A model generated the notes under the pieces. The model was given only the letters and a program-made list of their open reading frames with translations. It made no database searches and was not told the origin of the DNA. The translations under genes were made by a program, and so were the position numbers. Source: an uncultured virus (IMG/VR IMGVR_UViG_3300011785_000002) (lineage: Duplodnaviria; Heunggongvirae; Uroviricota; Caudoviricetes). Taken from it: a stretch of 64,000 bases of DNA. This document shows, piece by piece, positions 17,016-27,181 of the stretch (position 1 is its first letter; every line of letters begins with the position of its first letter). The stretch covers positions 1 through 64,000 of IMG/VR virus record IMGVR_UViG_3300011785_000002. The stretch is one strand, 5' to 3'.

Positions 17016-17484
17016 GATGTTTTTTCCTTTTGGAGTGGATGCAATCGCTATGATATGGATTGCATCAGATAATTTAAAACGTGATTTTGATTGACAGATT
17101 TAATAGCCGATTACTTATTTCATCTTTACATTTTACTTGTTTAAGGTATAGGTAATTGCAAAATGCAATTAGACTGATAACACTTAAATCCAAGGCGGTG
17201 CAACCGTTTCCGCTTCGGCTTCTGTCTTTGTCGGGTATCACGCGTTACGCCTGATTTTCGCCTAAAATTTGAATCTATACACTAGCCGGAACTAGGCAAA
17301 GGTCAAATTTTGGGAAGACTAACCCTATCCAATATCTTCCATTGGAATTGTAGGCGCAAGGCACTACTTGGGTGTAATTGTCCATTGATCATACCCCCAC
17401 CATAAGGCATAATCGTACCGGACGCTAAATAATAGCGCGTATATAATAAGCCTGTCTTTTTGCTCCTTTCCTTTCGTTATAGCC

Positions 17485-17513
17485 ATTATGTTTCAGCACA
17501 ATATCAGAGTAAA
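17485..17513 (-). promoter_or_regulatory. sigma70-type early promoter
   Basis: TTTACT-17 bp-CATAAT with AT-rich upstream sequence. Confidence 0.7.
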
Positions 17514-17698
17514 GCGTTTACTTCATCTTTTTTAAAAATAATTTGTAAGTCTATGATTTTACAGTAAATTTAGTTGAAAATAATTAAGGGTGGATAGGTT
17601 TTTTTCCCTTTTCACTATGCAAAAATGGATACAGGGGTCCAGACCTCGCTATAAAAAATTTTAGTGATTTTTCAAGAGACAAGTAAATCCTCTCCCAC

Positions 17699-17800
17699 CC
17701 GAACCGTGACTGTGACCATATCTGTAACCTTAACCGTGACTGTAACCAGGATAAGAAATAGGGCTGTAACCATGACTGTAACCGCGACTGAACCTGTGAC
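17699..17800. repeat. in-phase degenerate hexamer array (YGTRAC-like, 17 units)
   Basis: CGTGAC TGTGAC CATATC TGTAAC CTTAAC CGTGAC TGTAAC ... TGTAAC CATGAC TGTAAC CGCGAC TGAACC TGTGAC. Confidence 0.85.
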
Positions 17801-17806
17801 AAGGAC

Positions 17807-17837
17807 GAAAAAAACCCCAGCCAAGGCCGGGGTCTTT
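17807..17837 (-). terminator. intrinsic terminator ending the primase operon
   Basis: ACCCCGGCC-..-GGCTGGGGT followed by a T run on the minus strand. Confidence 0.8.
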
Positions 17838-17852
17838 ATCAATAACAATAAA

Positions 17853-18248
17853 TTAGCTAAAACCAACACCATCAACAGGACCCATATCTTCCATCAAGGT
17901 CACGTCCGATTGTTTGTCTGCAGGCCGTGTCAATACCACTAAAGGTGTCGGCAATGCGTAAGATAACTCATGCGGTAGCATGTCGTGCTCCACCAAATGG
18001 TCCACAACTTCACCTAACTGGGTAGAATGTAGACAAAGAACACGCAAATCTTGCGCTTCAGGATCTGTTTGCCCCAAAGGACGAAGCATTCCCTGAATAT
18101 TTTCATCCTCTTTCAGTGGGTATAGATTCATGGCCACAATACGAAGTGCGGAAATAACCACCCAATCATAACCAACAGGCACCCGGGTCCAGTCAAATTG
18201 TGCCGTGTGAGAAACCGACATTTCACCCAAATCTTCAATTTTTAACAT
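17853..18248 (-). CDS. hypothetical protein
   Basis: packed ORF in the primase operon. Confidence 0.6.
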   Translation of the reverse strand: MLKIEDLGEMSVSHTAQFDWTRVPVGYDWVVISALRIVAMNLYPLKEDENIQGMLRPLGQTDPEAQDLRVLCLHSTQLGEVVDHLVEHDMLPHELSYALPTPLVVLTRPADKQSDVTLMEDMGPVDGVGFS

Positions 18249-18250
18249 AA

Positions 18251-18517
18251 TTAGTATCCATAATAATCAACAACAATGGCTAAAACCCCGATTCCACCAA
18301 ACATAACAACGGCCCAACCAAAAGTAGTAACAAACGGCGCAATAAATAAAAAGAACAGAACATCCATCAGGATAAATCGACGCTCTACTTCATTTGTAAC
18401 TTTGTGCCAGTTTCTGAGCATATAAAAAGAGAAGAATAATAGCGAAAGGCCATAAATCCCCCACAAAAGAATATTTGCTTTCCAAACCTGCTGCGGTATA
18501 TCAGTCCATAATTCCAT
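18251..18517 (-). CDS. membrane protein
   Basis: hydrophobic segments, AAGGAG RBS. Confidence 0.65.
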   Translation of the reverse strand: MELWTDIPQQVWKANILLWGIYGLSLLFFSFYMLRNWHKVTNEVERRFILMDVLFFLFIAPFVTTFGWAVVMFGGIGVLAIVVDYYGY

Positions 18518-18854
18518 GTTTTTCTCCTTGCTTATCCAAGCTAATTTGTTGTTTTACTGCAAAAGTCAGCATGTTAAAGGACATGTTGATCTTCTTATTG
18601 GCTTTGCGCTGCTCCTGATGCAACCGGTAGGATTTATCAATTAACGGTTCTGGCTTGTTCTGAACCAAAAAATCTTCCAGACGCATAGGGGCCTCCTCAA
18701 AAATCGGAGTGCCACGTAACTTCATAAGAGCCAGGTCCTTTTTCATAAGTTGCTGCAGTTCCTGGCGTTCAAAATCTTCATAAGCTTGCATTTTCTTCTC
18801 CTTGTCTCTGATTAAATCGATAAACCACTTTTCACACGAATGCCGCGATACCAA
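18501..18854 (-). CDS. hypothetical protein
   Basis: packed ORF; likely start MQAYE after AAGGAG. Confidence 0.6.
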   Translation of the reverse strand: MVSRHSCEKWFIDLIRDKEKKMQAYEDFERQELQQLMKKDLALMKLRGTPIFEEAPMRLEDFLVQNKPEPLIDKSYRLHQEQRKANKKINMSFNMLTFAVKQQISLDKQGEKHGIMD

Positions 18855-21478
18855 TGGTTAATATCTCCATCTTTACTAAAGCGTTCGATACCACGTGCTT
18901 TAATAATTTCTTCCAGCATGTGACGGAATTCCTGCATTTCTACAGTTCTTCGACTACCAATACCCAAACGCATGAATTGACGGAATTGGATATGTAAATC
19001 CAGTTCAGTACATTCAAACATTTCATTTTGTTTATTGGCCGGCATGAACTGACGAATTTCCAGACTTGGATCTTTCATCAGGAAGAACAAAGCCGGGTTG
19101 GTCTGGAACGCCAAGGTTGCCATTAACTTTTTATGTGACTTCGGCAGTGTAAAGCCACGTGCCATAGCGAGACGATGCCCTGCTTCAAGTGCCCATGCAA
19201 AGATTGCTTCACGCTCTTGGCTAATGATTTTTTTCGCCAGATCAACATCGATATTTTCAGGCATCACCTGCTGGTCAAAATGGAAAAATAACCAACGGCG
19301 AGTAAAGCCTTCAGAAGTATCATGCGTTTTCGGCAAGTGGTTTGAAGCTGCCCAGTGTGCTGCAGTCGGACGCATCGTGAAGGCTTCACGGTACAGTGGA
19401 TAAACTGCTCGGGGTGAACCGTCAATCACTGATTTAAATACATCACCTTCGATATATTTACGTTCACTTAACTCGCCTACAATGTTGATATTCTTACGAT
19501 GCAGACTGACAACTAAACGGTTTTCTCCCATTTTGTCAAAGCTAACACTGGACTTGGCTTCGTCTGGGAACAGACTACCGATGATTTCGAGCAATACAGA
19601 TTTACCTGATTGAGCCAGTCCGTAGAGGAGGAATGCTCGTTGATATTTAGTGGCACGACCCATAAAGCTAACATAAAGAGCTTCTTGAAGTGCATCACGA
19701 CGCTGCTGATAATCATCATTGTGACCCCAACTATCATGTAAAAATTTATCGAAAAGTGGCATTTTACCTGCCAGTTCCGGAACATAACGGTACGGAAGAA
19801 CATAGGTTGAACCGTATTCTTTCGAGTGTGGAATGAAACTCAAAGGTGAAGACATGCTTGCCTTGAACTGTTTCACAGCATTTTCCTGTGCCTGTTCAAT
19901 TTCAAACGCGGTCCACATTCCCATCGTAACGTTCGGGTGCTGCAAAATCTGATCCTTGATGCGTTGGATCTCTTTTTCCATCGTGTGGTTATCGCCCACC
20001 AGTTTCGCAGCTGGATTTTCTACAACCATACCGTTCGCTACGTTTACATACGCATCACTGTTTGCAATAAGTCCTTGATTACACAGGATTAATAGCTGAC
20101 GATACACACCTTCAATATCTGAGTTGCGTTTCATAATATCGAGCTGTGAAAAGTTCATGGCAATGAACTGTTTCAGTTCAACCGATTCAAACATCACCCA
20201 ATGTGAACCCATGAATTTGTACATGGTGCCCGAGTCAACGATTACCGGGTGCATACTTTCCAGTAAATCTTTTGCTGCCAAAGCAACTTCGGTATGTGTG
20301 TTCAGACTGATTTCAGTTGCGCCTTTACCATCTTCGTCACCACCAACAGAAGTCGTGGTGTTAATTTCATCCCGTTTTTTCGCTGCTTGTGCTTTAAGAT
20401 CCGCAACTTTAATAGGTAAACCAGACTTGTCCACAATCTTGGTCAAGATAAAGGTTTCACGCATCTTGTCCTGTTTTTTGATCTGGGCAACGCGAAGTAA
20501 AACTTCATCCACCAGTTCCAGAGCTTTGTCTTCTGGTGTGTTATCCGCTTCAACATTGTAGTAACTGAGGATACGTTCATAGGACCATTCTTCATTTACT
20601 TCAGTCAGGCCAAGCATACGAACTTCTTCTTCACTCAGACCTTCATCCCAACCAGAAGGAAGTGCAACTTTACGTTTATTTAAAGTTTGCTGGACAAACT
20701 TGATCAGGTTACGGACGTGTTTGTCCATATCCATTGGATCGCCTTCAACCTGTTCAGTGAATCCATCATTAATTGCGTGAAGATGATCAATAGCTTGACG
20801 AACAGAGATTTTGCCTTCTACAATCTGGTGTGCAAGCAGACCATTTTTCTGGGTAATCGACGAATCACGGAAACCTGCAGGGATGTGTTCTACCAGTGAA
20901 CCTACACCTTTATTGGAAATGTCATAACCTTTAAGCACACAAAGATTACGGATACGGTCTTCAAGATCATCCGGAATCATCGGTAATTCATCAAGAACTT
21001 CCCAAAGATTAGTATTTGACGTATATGGGCGATTGGTATCCGGGTGAATAGATGGAGGCAAAACAATTTGCTGACCAGTACATAGATACTCGACCAAAGT
21101 ACCTTTTTGTTTGTCAATAATTTTGAAAGCTTTTGGAACTTTTGGGTTATATTTGAATGCAAACACCATCCCCTTGGCACCAATACGAGTCCATTTGTCG
21201 TAGCCAGGAGGAAGCATTTCCAGAATTGCAGCAATTAAATCATCGTCTGCATAGTCAATATCAAGTGCGCCAATACGTGACTGTTTACCCAACACCAGAC
21301 CGATGTTGTGTTCCCCAGGAAGTGAGCGCCAGTTTTCATAAACATCCTCTGGTACTTGGTATTCAGAAAAATCAGACCAAGCGTTGGTTAAAGGACGTTT
21401 TGACTTTTCACGAAGCGGAATAACTGACATTCCTTTTTCGTGGTAGTAAGGGGCGAATTGAGCGAAAATACTTGCCAT
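18812..21478 (-). CDS. bifunctional primase-polymerase / D5-like SF3 helicase
   Basis: N-terminal Prim-Pol motifs (VIPL..K.P, NIGL..G...LDID, Q.V.PPS.HP); C-terminal GLAQSGKS Walker A, ASN.LP...GF.RR. Confidence 0.9.
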   Translation of the reverse strand: MASIFAQFAPYYHEKGMSVIPLREKSKRPLTNAWSDFSEYQVPEDVYENWRSLPGEHNIGLVLGKQSRIGALDIDYADDDLIAAILEMLPPGYDKWTRIGAKGMVFAFKYNPKVPKAFKIIDKQKGTLVEYLCTGQQIVLPPSIHPDTNRPYTSNTNLWEVLDELPMIPDDLEDRIRNLCVLKGYDISNKGVGSLVEHIPAGFRDSSITQKNGLLAHQIVEGKISVRQAIDHLHAINDGFTEQVEGDPMDMDKHVRNLIKFVQQTLNKRKVALPSGWDEGLSEEEVRMLGLTEVNEEWSYERILSYYNVEADNTPEDKALELVDEVLLRVAQIKKQDKMRETFILTKIVDKSGLPIKVADLKAQAAKKRDEINTTTSVGGDEDGKGATEISLNTHTEVALAAKDLLESMHPVIVDSGTMYKFMGSHWVMFESVELKQFIAMNFSQLDIMKRNSDIEGVYRQLLILCNQGLIANSDAYVNVANGMVVENPAAKLVGDNHTMEKEIQRIKDQILQHPNVTMGMWTAFEIEQAQENAVKQFKASMSSPLSFIPHSKEYGSTYVLPYRYVPELAGKMPLFDKFLHDSWGHNDDYQQRRDALQEALYVSFMGRATKYQRAFLLYGLAQSGKSVLLEIIGSLFPDEAKSSVSFDKMGENRLVVSLHRKNINIVGELSERKYIEGDVFKSVIDGSPRAVYPLYREAFTMRPTAAHWAASNHLPKTHDTSEGFTRRWLFFHFDQQVMPENIDVDLAKKIISQEREAIFAWALEAGHRLAMARGFTLPKSHKKLMATLAFQTNPALFFLMKDPSLEIRQFMPANKQNEMFECTELDLHIQFRQFMRLGIGSRRTVEMQEFRHMLEEIIKARGIERFSKDGDINHWYRGIRVKSGLSI

Positions 21479-21493
21479 TTTTATAAATAATCC

Positions 21494-22090
21494 TTAGTCG
21501 ATTTCTTTCAATAGGTCTAAATAGCGATCAGCGATATTTTTCAGGTCGTTGTATTTGCGAAGTTCGTGGAAGAAACGACGTGTCACTGATTCAATTTTTT
21601 GAGCTTTTTCCAGATTCATTAAGCGTTCAAGGATGCTTAATTGTTGATCCTGGAAGTCCATGAGTTTCGCAGTCGCTGACATTTTCACGGTGTCAGAACT
21701 ACCAGAAGAAGCAATTTTTTCCAGGCTGCGGATGGTGCGTTCAACACGAATCAATAAGCGGTAATTATCCTGGTAGTCAGATGAACGTTGATCCAGGTTT
21801 TCGTTCAAGTCAGCAAATTGCTTTTCAATATCTGCAGCCAAAAGAGCTTCAGATTTGGTATCGCTGGATTCAGCACCTGAACTGCTAATCAGACCCGATT
21901 GCATTTCAGAACGAAAACCAGCGATTACTTCATTAATGGTTTTGACCATCAAAGAACTGTAAGGTGCCCCAATAACATATTGTGGATTTTTCAAAGCATT
22001 CAGGATTACTTTCGCTGCATCGGTCAACGCTTCCTGAGTAATTTTAGGATATTCTGACATTATTAAATCCTGTGAAAAATAAATCCCCAT
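21494..22090 (-). CDS. helical hypothetical protein, possible terminase small subunit
   Basis: 198-aa ORF divergent from terL; function inferred from position only. Confidence 0.5.
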   Translation of the reverse strand: MGIYFSQDLIMSEYPKITQEALTDAAKVILNALKNPQYVIGAPYSSLMVKTINEVIAGFRSEMQSGLISSSGAESSDTKSEALLAADIEKQFADLNENLDQRSSDYQDNYRLLIRVERTIRSLEKIASSGSSDTVKMSATAKLMDFQDQQLSILERLMNLEKAQKIESVTRRFFHELRKYNDLKNIADRYLDLLKEID

Positions 22091-22398
22091 TGATTGGGGC
22101 CGGTATGTGACAAGTATATTTATTAAGGAGGTGTAAACAAGATGTTAAAAATGAGAAGAAACGGTAATAACGATAATCAATAAAATTTATATGAAAATCA
22201 GCGTAAAAAACATCAATAAAAACAAAGACCTAGAAGTAACCATTTGTAAAACCGATTAAGAAAGGTGATAACCACTCACAGAATCAAATTTCGACTTTTT
22301 TTAAAGTTGAGAAAAGCCATTTTATTTTCCATTTGTATTTTTCAGCTTTAACTGAGAATCAGATATACTGACCCAAAAATTCAAACTGGAATCAACCA

Positions 22399-24150
22399 AT
22401 GGCTAAGAACAGTTTCCGCGAACGGATGGAGCATTATGTTCAGGAGCTGGTGAATCCTATGTCTTACTATGACTGGATTAATCAGAATACAACAATCGGA
22501 GGTGTACCATTCACCTGCGACCGGTATCCTTTCCAGAAAGATATTATCAATGATATGTCTCTGGAATTACACTGTATCAAACCATCCCAGATTGGTTTGA
22601 CTGAGGTACAGCTGCGAAAAGCACTGGCATTTACTGCACGTAATCCACACCGGAACCTGATCTATACTATGCCGGATGAGAACATGCGTAAGCGTGTTTA
22701 TCAAAACCGTGTGCTTCCTATTCTGACTGAAGATAAAATCTTCCATGCTATGAACGCAGCCGGTAAAAAACCAATTCGTTCGATTGAAATGACGGAAATT
22801 AACAGCTCATTTATGATGATGTTCCCTGCCAATGAAAAAGCAGCAACATCACAACCAGCCGATGTGGTTTTTAACGATGAGGTGGATTTATCAGATCCGC
22901 AAATCCTGGCGTTATTTAACTCGCGTGTGCAGGGTTCTGATCTTCGTATGATTCACAACTACTCGACCCCAACCTATGATGGTTTAGGGATTTCCGCGTT
23001 GTATGAAACATCGGACCAACATGAATATTTGTTTAAATGCCCACACTGCGGCCACTGGCAGTTGCCGGCCTTTAATACAAAATTTATTCGAATTCCAAAC
23101 CTTCCGATTGAAGCATCGGACGATTTGACTAAATTCGACCCAATATGGGTAGATAAATATGGGATCAATCCGCTTGATGCTTACTCAGTTTGTTCAAAGT
23201 GTGACAGACGAGTTACTTACGGTGATTCTGAAAATCACCGATGGGTCTCAAGACATCCTCACCGTTCTAACAGTCGTGGGTATCGTATTAGCCCATTTTC
23301 AACTCGCAATTTGGATGCTGCTTACGTATTCAACCAACTCTTGAAATATCAAATGCAAGATAACATGAAAGGTTTCCACAACACCGTACTGGGAACCACG
23401 CATGAAAGTTCGGATGAACGTTTATCTGAAACATTGCTTCGTACATTATTTACGGCCATGTCTGATTTTTATTTAGACCACAACGGCATACCTCATTTCA
23501 TCGGCATCGATATGGGTAAAGTGTGTCACATCACCATCGGCCGAGCTGAGTCAATTGGCAAGGTAAAAACCGTTTTGATGGAAGCGGTAAAGGTTGAGGA
23601 ATTAGAAGCCAGATTCCGCTTCTACTGTGACAAATTACCAATCGCCGGAGGTTTCATTGACCGCTTGCCTCTGATTACTGAATCCAACAAGATCCGGAAT
23701 ATTTCAGACTTCGCAGTTATGCCAATGCAATATGGTCGCAACTCAGGCGGTATGATTGTTATTCCTAAAAATGACGAGTACGGAAACCTGGATTATATCG
23801 AAGCACACCGTACACTCCACCTGGATAAATTTGCCAACGCAATCCGCAGTGGTTACATCACATTTGCTGGATATGGTACACAAAAGGAATCAATCATCAA
23901 CCATTTACGCGCAATGGTCCGTGTGTTTGAAGAAGACAAAGATGGTGTGGAGAAAGTACCTGTCTGGAAAAAGAAAGACAAAAACGATCACTATTTCCAC
24001 TCTATGGCCTATATGTACCAGGCGGTTGTTCAATTTTATGATGGATATAGTTATTTAGATACAGAACAACTCAATTCAAGTATTATATTGGAAAGCATGA
24101 ATAATTTCGTGATTCCTGAACGTTCTATTTCAATCCTTGGTGGACGCTAA
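22399..24150 (+). CDS. terL: terminase large subunit, lambda GpA-like
   Basis: KPSQIGLTE Walker A, FNDEVD Walker B, STPT, CPHCG...C..C zinc finger, GID.G nuclease, DHY.H. Confidence 0.9.
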   Translation: MAKNSFRERMEHYVQELVNPMSYYDWINQNTTIGGVPFTCDRYPFQKDIINDMSLELHCIKPSQIGLTEVQLRKALAFTARNPHRNLIYTMPDENMRKRVYQNRVLPILTEDKIFHAMNAAGKKPIRSIEMTEINSSFMMMFPANEKAATSQPADVVFNDEVDLSDPQILALFNSRVQGSDLRMIHNYSTPTYDGLGISALYETSDQHEYLFKCPHCGHWQLPAFNTKFIRIPNLPIEASDDLTKFDPIWVDKYGINPLDAYSVCSKCDRRVTYGDSENHRWVSRHPHRSNSRGYRISPFSTRNLDAAYVFNQLLKYQMQDNMKGFHNTVLGTTHESSDERLSETLLRTLFTAMSDFYLDHNGIPHFIGIDMGKVCHITIGRAESIGKVKTVLMEAVKVEELEARFRFYCDKLPIAGGFIDRLPLITESNKIRNISDFAVMPMQYGRNSGGMIVIPKNDEYGNLDYIEAHRTLHLDKFANAIRSGYITFAGYGTQKESIINHLRAMVRVFEEDKDGVEKVPVWKKKDKNDHYFHSMAYMYQAVVQFYDGYSYLDTEQLNSSIILESMNNFVIPERSISILGGR

Positions 24151-24152
24151 TT

Positions 24153-25634
24153 ATGGCTGTTACAGATATTTGGGGTAAGGTAAACCAAATGGTATTACCG
24201 ACAACCACAAAAACTGGGGGTGCTGCTTTAGCACCTAGTTATGACCCCCAGCAAACGGACCAGGTAATCACCTCATTAGAAACAAACAAACACTTGCGTA
24301 ATTTATTAGACGAGCGAGTTTCTACTGAAGATGATGACCTGATTGAAACTTTAATGCAGTACGACCCCGACGTCGGTGCTGCAGTCGGTGCTTATTTAAC
24401 TTTAAGCAACACTGAAATGCGCTATGTGGCCAGAACACCTGAAGGTGAAATTGATTCTGACGCCATTGAAAAAATCAGTATGTTGCTATCTCAACTATCG
24501 TACCCAGTTGATTATAGTGTGGGCTTTACACCAGCGCGTAGTTTAAAAACACGAAATGAAGCTTTTCGCTACATGCTACTCAAGCGTGGTTCTATTTCTG
24601 CAGAACTGGTTTTGGACGATACCTTCGGCGTGTTGGATGTGCGAAATATCGACACACTAACCCTGGAATGGTATCAAAAGAAAAATGGTTATTTGACACC
24701 AATTCAGAAAGTAGGCAGCGACGAGATTGATCTCAATATCCCTACTTTTTACCACGCACGTCATCGCCAGGATCCGGGAACACCTTACTCAAAGAGTATG
24801 TTTATTTCTGTGATTAATACCGTTTATGCCCGACTCCAGATTATCAATGACTTGTATAACATTATGCAGATCACAGGTTATCCACGAATGGAAATCACGG
24901 TGCTGGAAGAAGTGGCCACACGTGCCTTGCCAGAACAAGACAAACGTAATCCTCAAAAGCGTGATGCTTTCGTAAAACGTGTTTTAAGTGATGTAACCAA
25001 CCGCTTTGGATCCATCCGGGCCGACCAACCGATTGTGCATACCGACTCAGTTGAAGTAGGTACTTTAAACACCCCAAGTGGTGCATCTGGTATTGACATT
25101 CAACCGGTCATCAATGTGTTGAATGCACAAAACCAGGCTGCGTTAAAATCAGTAGCGACTGTTTTGGGCCGTGGGGAATCAGGCGTAAATACCGCTTCTG
25201 TAGAATCTATGATTTTCAGTATGCAAGCTGCCGAAATCAACGAACCATTAGCAGAAATCTGGTCTGCCTTGCTTACTTTTGCTTTGGCACTTTCTGGATC
25301 AACCTCGAAAGTTCACGTCTATTTCGATAAACCAGAAATGCGACCACCAAACGAACTGGAACCTGCTAAAGTACAAAAACAAGCGAGATTACTCAAAGAC
25401 TTATCATTAGGTTTAATCACTGATGACGAGTACCATTGGGAAATGTATAATCGCCCTAAACCAACGACAGCACCAGAACTATCTGGTACAGGTTTCCTGG
25501 ACAAGAAAGAAGATTCAAGCAGTGATGCAGCTACGGCACAAAGTAATACTCCGCAGAAAGACCAGCCGGATTCAAGACAACGTGCCCAAACCAGAAAAGC
25601 AGACGCTTCTGCGAAAAGTAACGCAGTTAAATAG
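24153..25634 (+). CDS. portal protein
   Basis: 493 aa directly after terL; DPDV.AAV motif and charged C-terminal tail. Confidence 0.8.
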   Translation: MAVTDIWGKVNQMVLPTTTKTGGAALAPSYDPQQTDQVITSLETNKHLRNLLDERVSTEDDDLIETLMQYDPDVGAAVGAYLTLSNTEMRYVARTPEGEIDSDAIEKISMLLSQLSYPVDYSVGFTPARSLKTRNEAFRYMLLKRGSISAELVLDDTFGVLDVRNIDTLTLEWYQKKNGYLTPIQKVGSDEIDLNIPTFYHARHRQDPGTPYSKSMFISVINTVYARLQIINDLYNIMQITGYPRMEITVLEEVATRALPEQDKRNPQKRDAFVKRVLSDVTNRFGSIRADQPIVHTDSVEVGTLNTPSGASGIDIQPVINVLNAQNQAALKSVATVLGRGESGVNTASVESMIFSMQAAEINEPLAEIWSALLTFALALSGSTSKVHVYFDKPEMRPPNELEPAKVQKQARLLKDLSLGLITDDEYHWEMYNRPKPTTAPELSGTGFLDKKEDSSSDAATAQSNTPQKDQPDSRQRAQTRKADASAKSNAVK

Positions 25635-25644
25635 GAAGTAGATT

Positions 25645-26757
25645 ATGTTTCGAATTGACATTGAGAAACACCCAAAAGTCAAGCAGAAACTACAAGCCTT
25701 GCTTGGATCAAAGGTTGATCTAAGCAAACTGGCTGTATTTGAAGCACGTGCCAATGATACCTTAGCTATCTCTGGCGCAGGGGGATTTCTTAAAAACGCA
25801 CGTATGACTGAAAGTTATCTGAAGGCCATGGCCACCAGTGTTCAAGAAGGTCAGTACGTACCCATTATTAAATTACACGACCAGCATGGTTCTTTGCCAG
25901 AAGGTCGAATTTTCGATGCTGCTGTTTTTGAAAACGCAGATAACACTGAAGAAAAAGATCTTCATATCTTGTTCTACGTGGACGACGATTCAGAATATGC
26001 CAGTAAGATCGACACAGGCATTATTGCTGAAATGTCAACAGGAACCACACCGAAGGACCTGAAATGTTCATCTTGTGGTTACGACTTCCTGGCCAGTGCG
26101 GATAATCGACGTAATCTTTACAGCGGTAAAGGCTATACACCTATGTGTCCAGAAGGTCACCAATGGGGTGTTGGTGGAAACCATTTGAAACTATCTGCCT
26201 TGGGCAAATGGAAAGAAACCAGTGTTGTGACTCGGGGTGCTGTTGATCGCGCTAAAATACTTGATGAATCACAAATTAAATTGGCATTGTCAGATAAAGA
26301 AATTAATTTGGCAGCCTCTGATAATAGTGATACACTTCTGCTAGTTACCTTGGCAGACGCGGCACCAGATGCTCTGAAGCCACAGAATATTTCAAACTTA
26401 AATGAGAAAGATCCAATGACAGATGTAACTCTTTCGCAAGACGATTACAAAGCGTTGCTCTTAGCCGAAGCTCAAAAAGAACAGTTTGAGGCAAAACTTC
26501 AGGACGCAAATACTGCTAAAGAAGCTGCTGAAACTGCTAAAACCGCTGCGGAGCAAGCACAACAGGATGCCGAAGCTAAACTAGCTACAGCAACTACGGA
26601 ACTTGATGCTGAAAAAGCAAAAGTAACCGAGCTGGAAACTAAATTAGCTGCAGCCACTACTGGTGCCGGTGATAAAAGCAAAGGGGTAGGCGAAGACGGC
26701 AACGATCAGGAAGCCAACTTTGCGCTTGACACTTCTTATTATAAAGCTGCTAAGTAA
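25645..26757 (+). CDS. prohead protease / scaffold
   Basis: HD...P.GR and ETS.V..GA protease-like motifs, followed by an Ala/Glu coiled-coil scaffold. Confidence 0.75.
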   Translation: MFRIDIEKHPKVKQKLQALLGSKVDLSKLAVFEARANDTLAISGAGGFLKNARMTESYLKAMATSVQEGQYVPIIKLHDQHGSLPEGRIFDAAVFENADNTEEKDLHILFYVDDDSEYASKIDTGIIAEMSTGTTPKDLKCSSCGYDFLASADNRRNLYSGKGYTPMCPEGHQWGVGGNHLKLSALGKWKETSVVTRGAVDRAKILDESQIKLALSDKEINLAASDNSDTLLLVTLADAAPDALKPQNISNLNEKDPMTDVTLSQDDYKALLLAEAQKEQFEAKLQDANTAKEAAETAKTAAEQAQQDAEAKLATATTELDAEKAKVTELETKLAAATTGAGDKSKGVGEDGNDQEANFALDTSYYKAAK

Positions 26758-26768
26758 GGTAGAAGAAT

Positions 26769-27167
26769 ATGAAAGGTTTTAAACCAACGACTACTGGTAT
26801 TCCAGTAAATGAAACACGACACACCTTCCACGGCACAGGTATCACCAATGCCGACGTTGGTAAAGCTGCAACATTAGTAACAGGTGGTGCGGACGTAACA
26901 GTAAAACTAGCTGGTGCTGATGATGTTGTTTTGGGTCAAATCGAAACAGTTGAAATTGAAACCACTGGTGAAATTATTGTAAACGTACTAATCATGGGTG
27001 GTTACCGTTTACCATGTGCGACTGACGCAGTAATTGCTGTAGGTGATACAGTTGTTGGTGCTGCAGCCGGACTGGTTAAATCAGGTGGCGCGTCTACTGA
27101 CTTGCGTTTCGTAGTGACCGAAGCTTCAACGATTGCCGAAGGCTTCGTTGGCGTACTTAAACTGTAA
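26769..27167 (+). CDS. head decoration/cement protein
   Basis: 132-aa Gly/Val/Ala-rich protein just before the MCP. Confidence 0.7.
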   Translation: MKGFKPTTTGIPVNETRHTFHGTGITNADVGKAATLVTGGADVTVKLAGADDVVLGQIETVEIETTGEIIVNVLIMGGYRLPCATDAVIAVGDTVVGAAAGLVKSGGASTDLRFVVTEASTIAEGFVGVLKL

Positions 27168-27181
27168 TTGGGGATTTAAGC

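Noticed and set aside
17584..17942. ORFs with VTVT/QSRL repeats
   Set aside because: Artefacts of the hexamer array being open in several frames; they cross a terminator.
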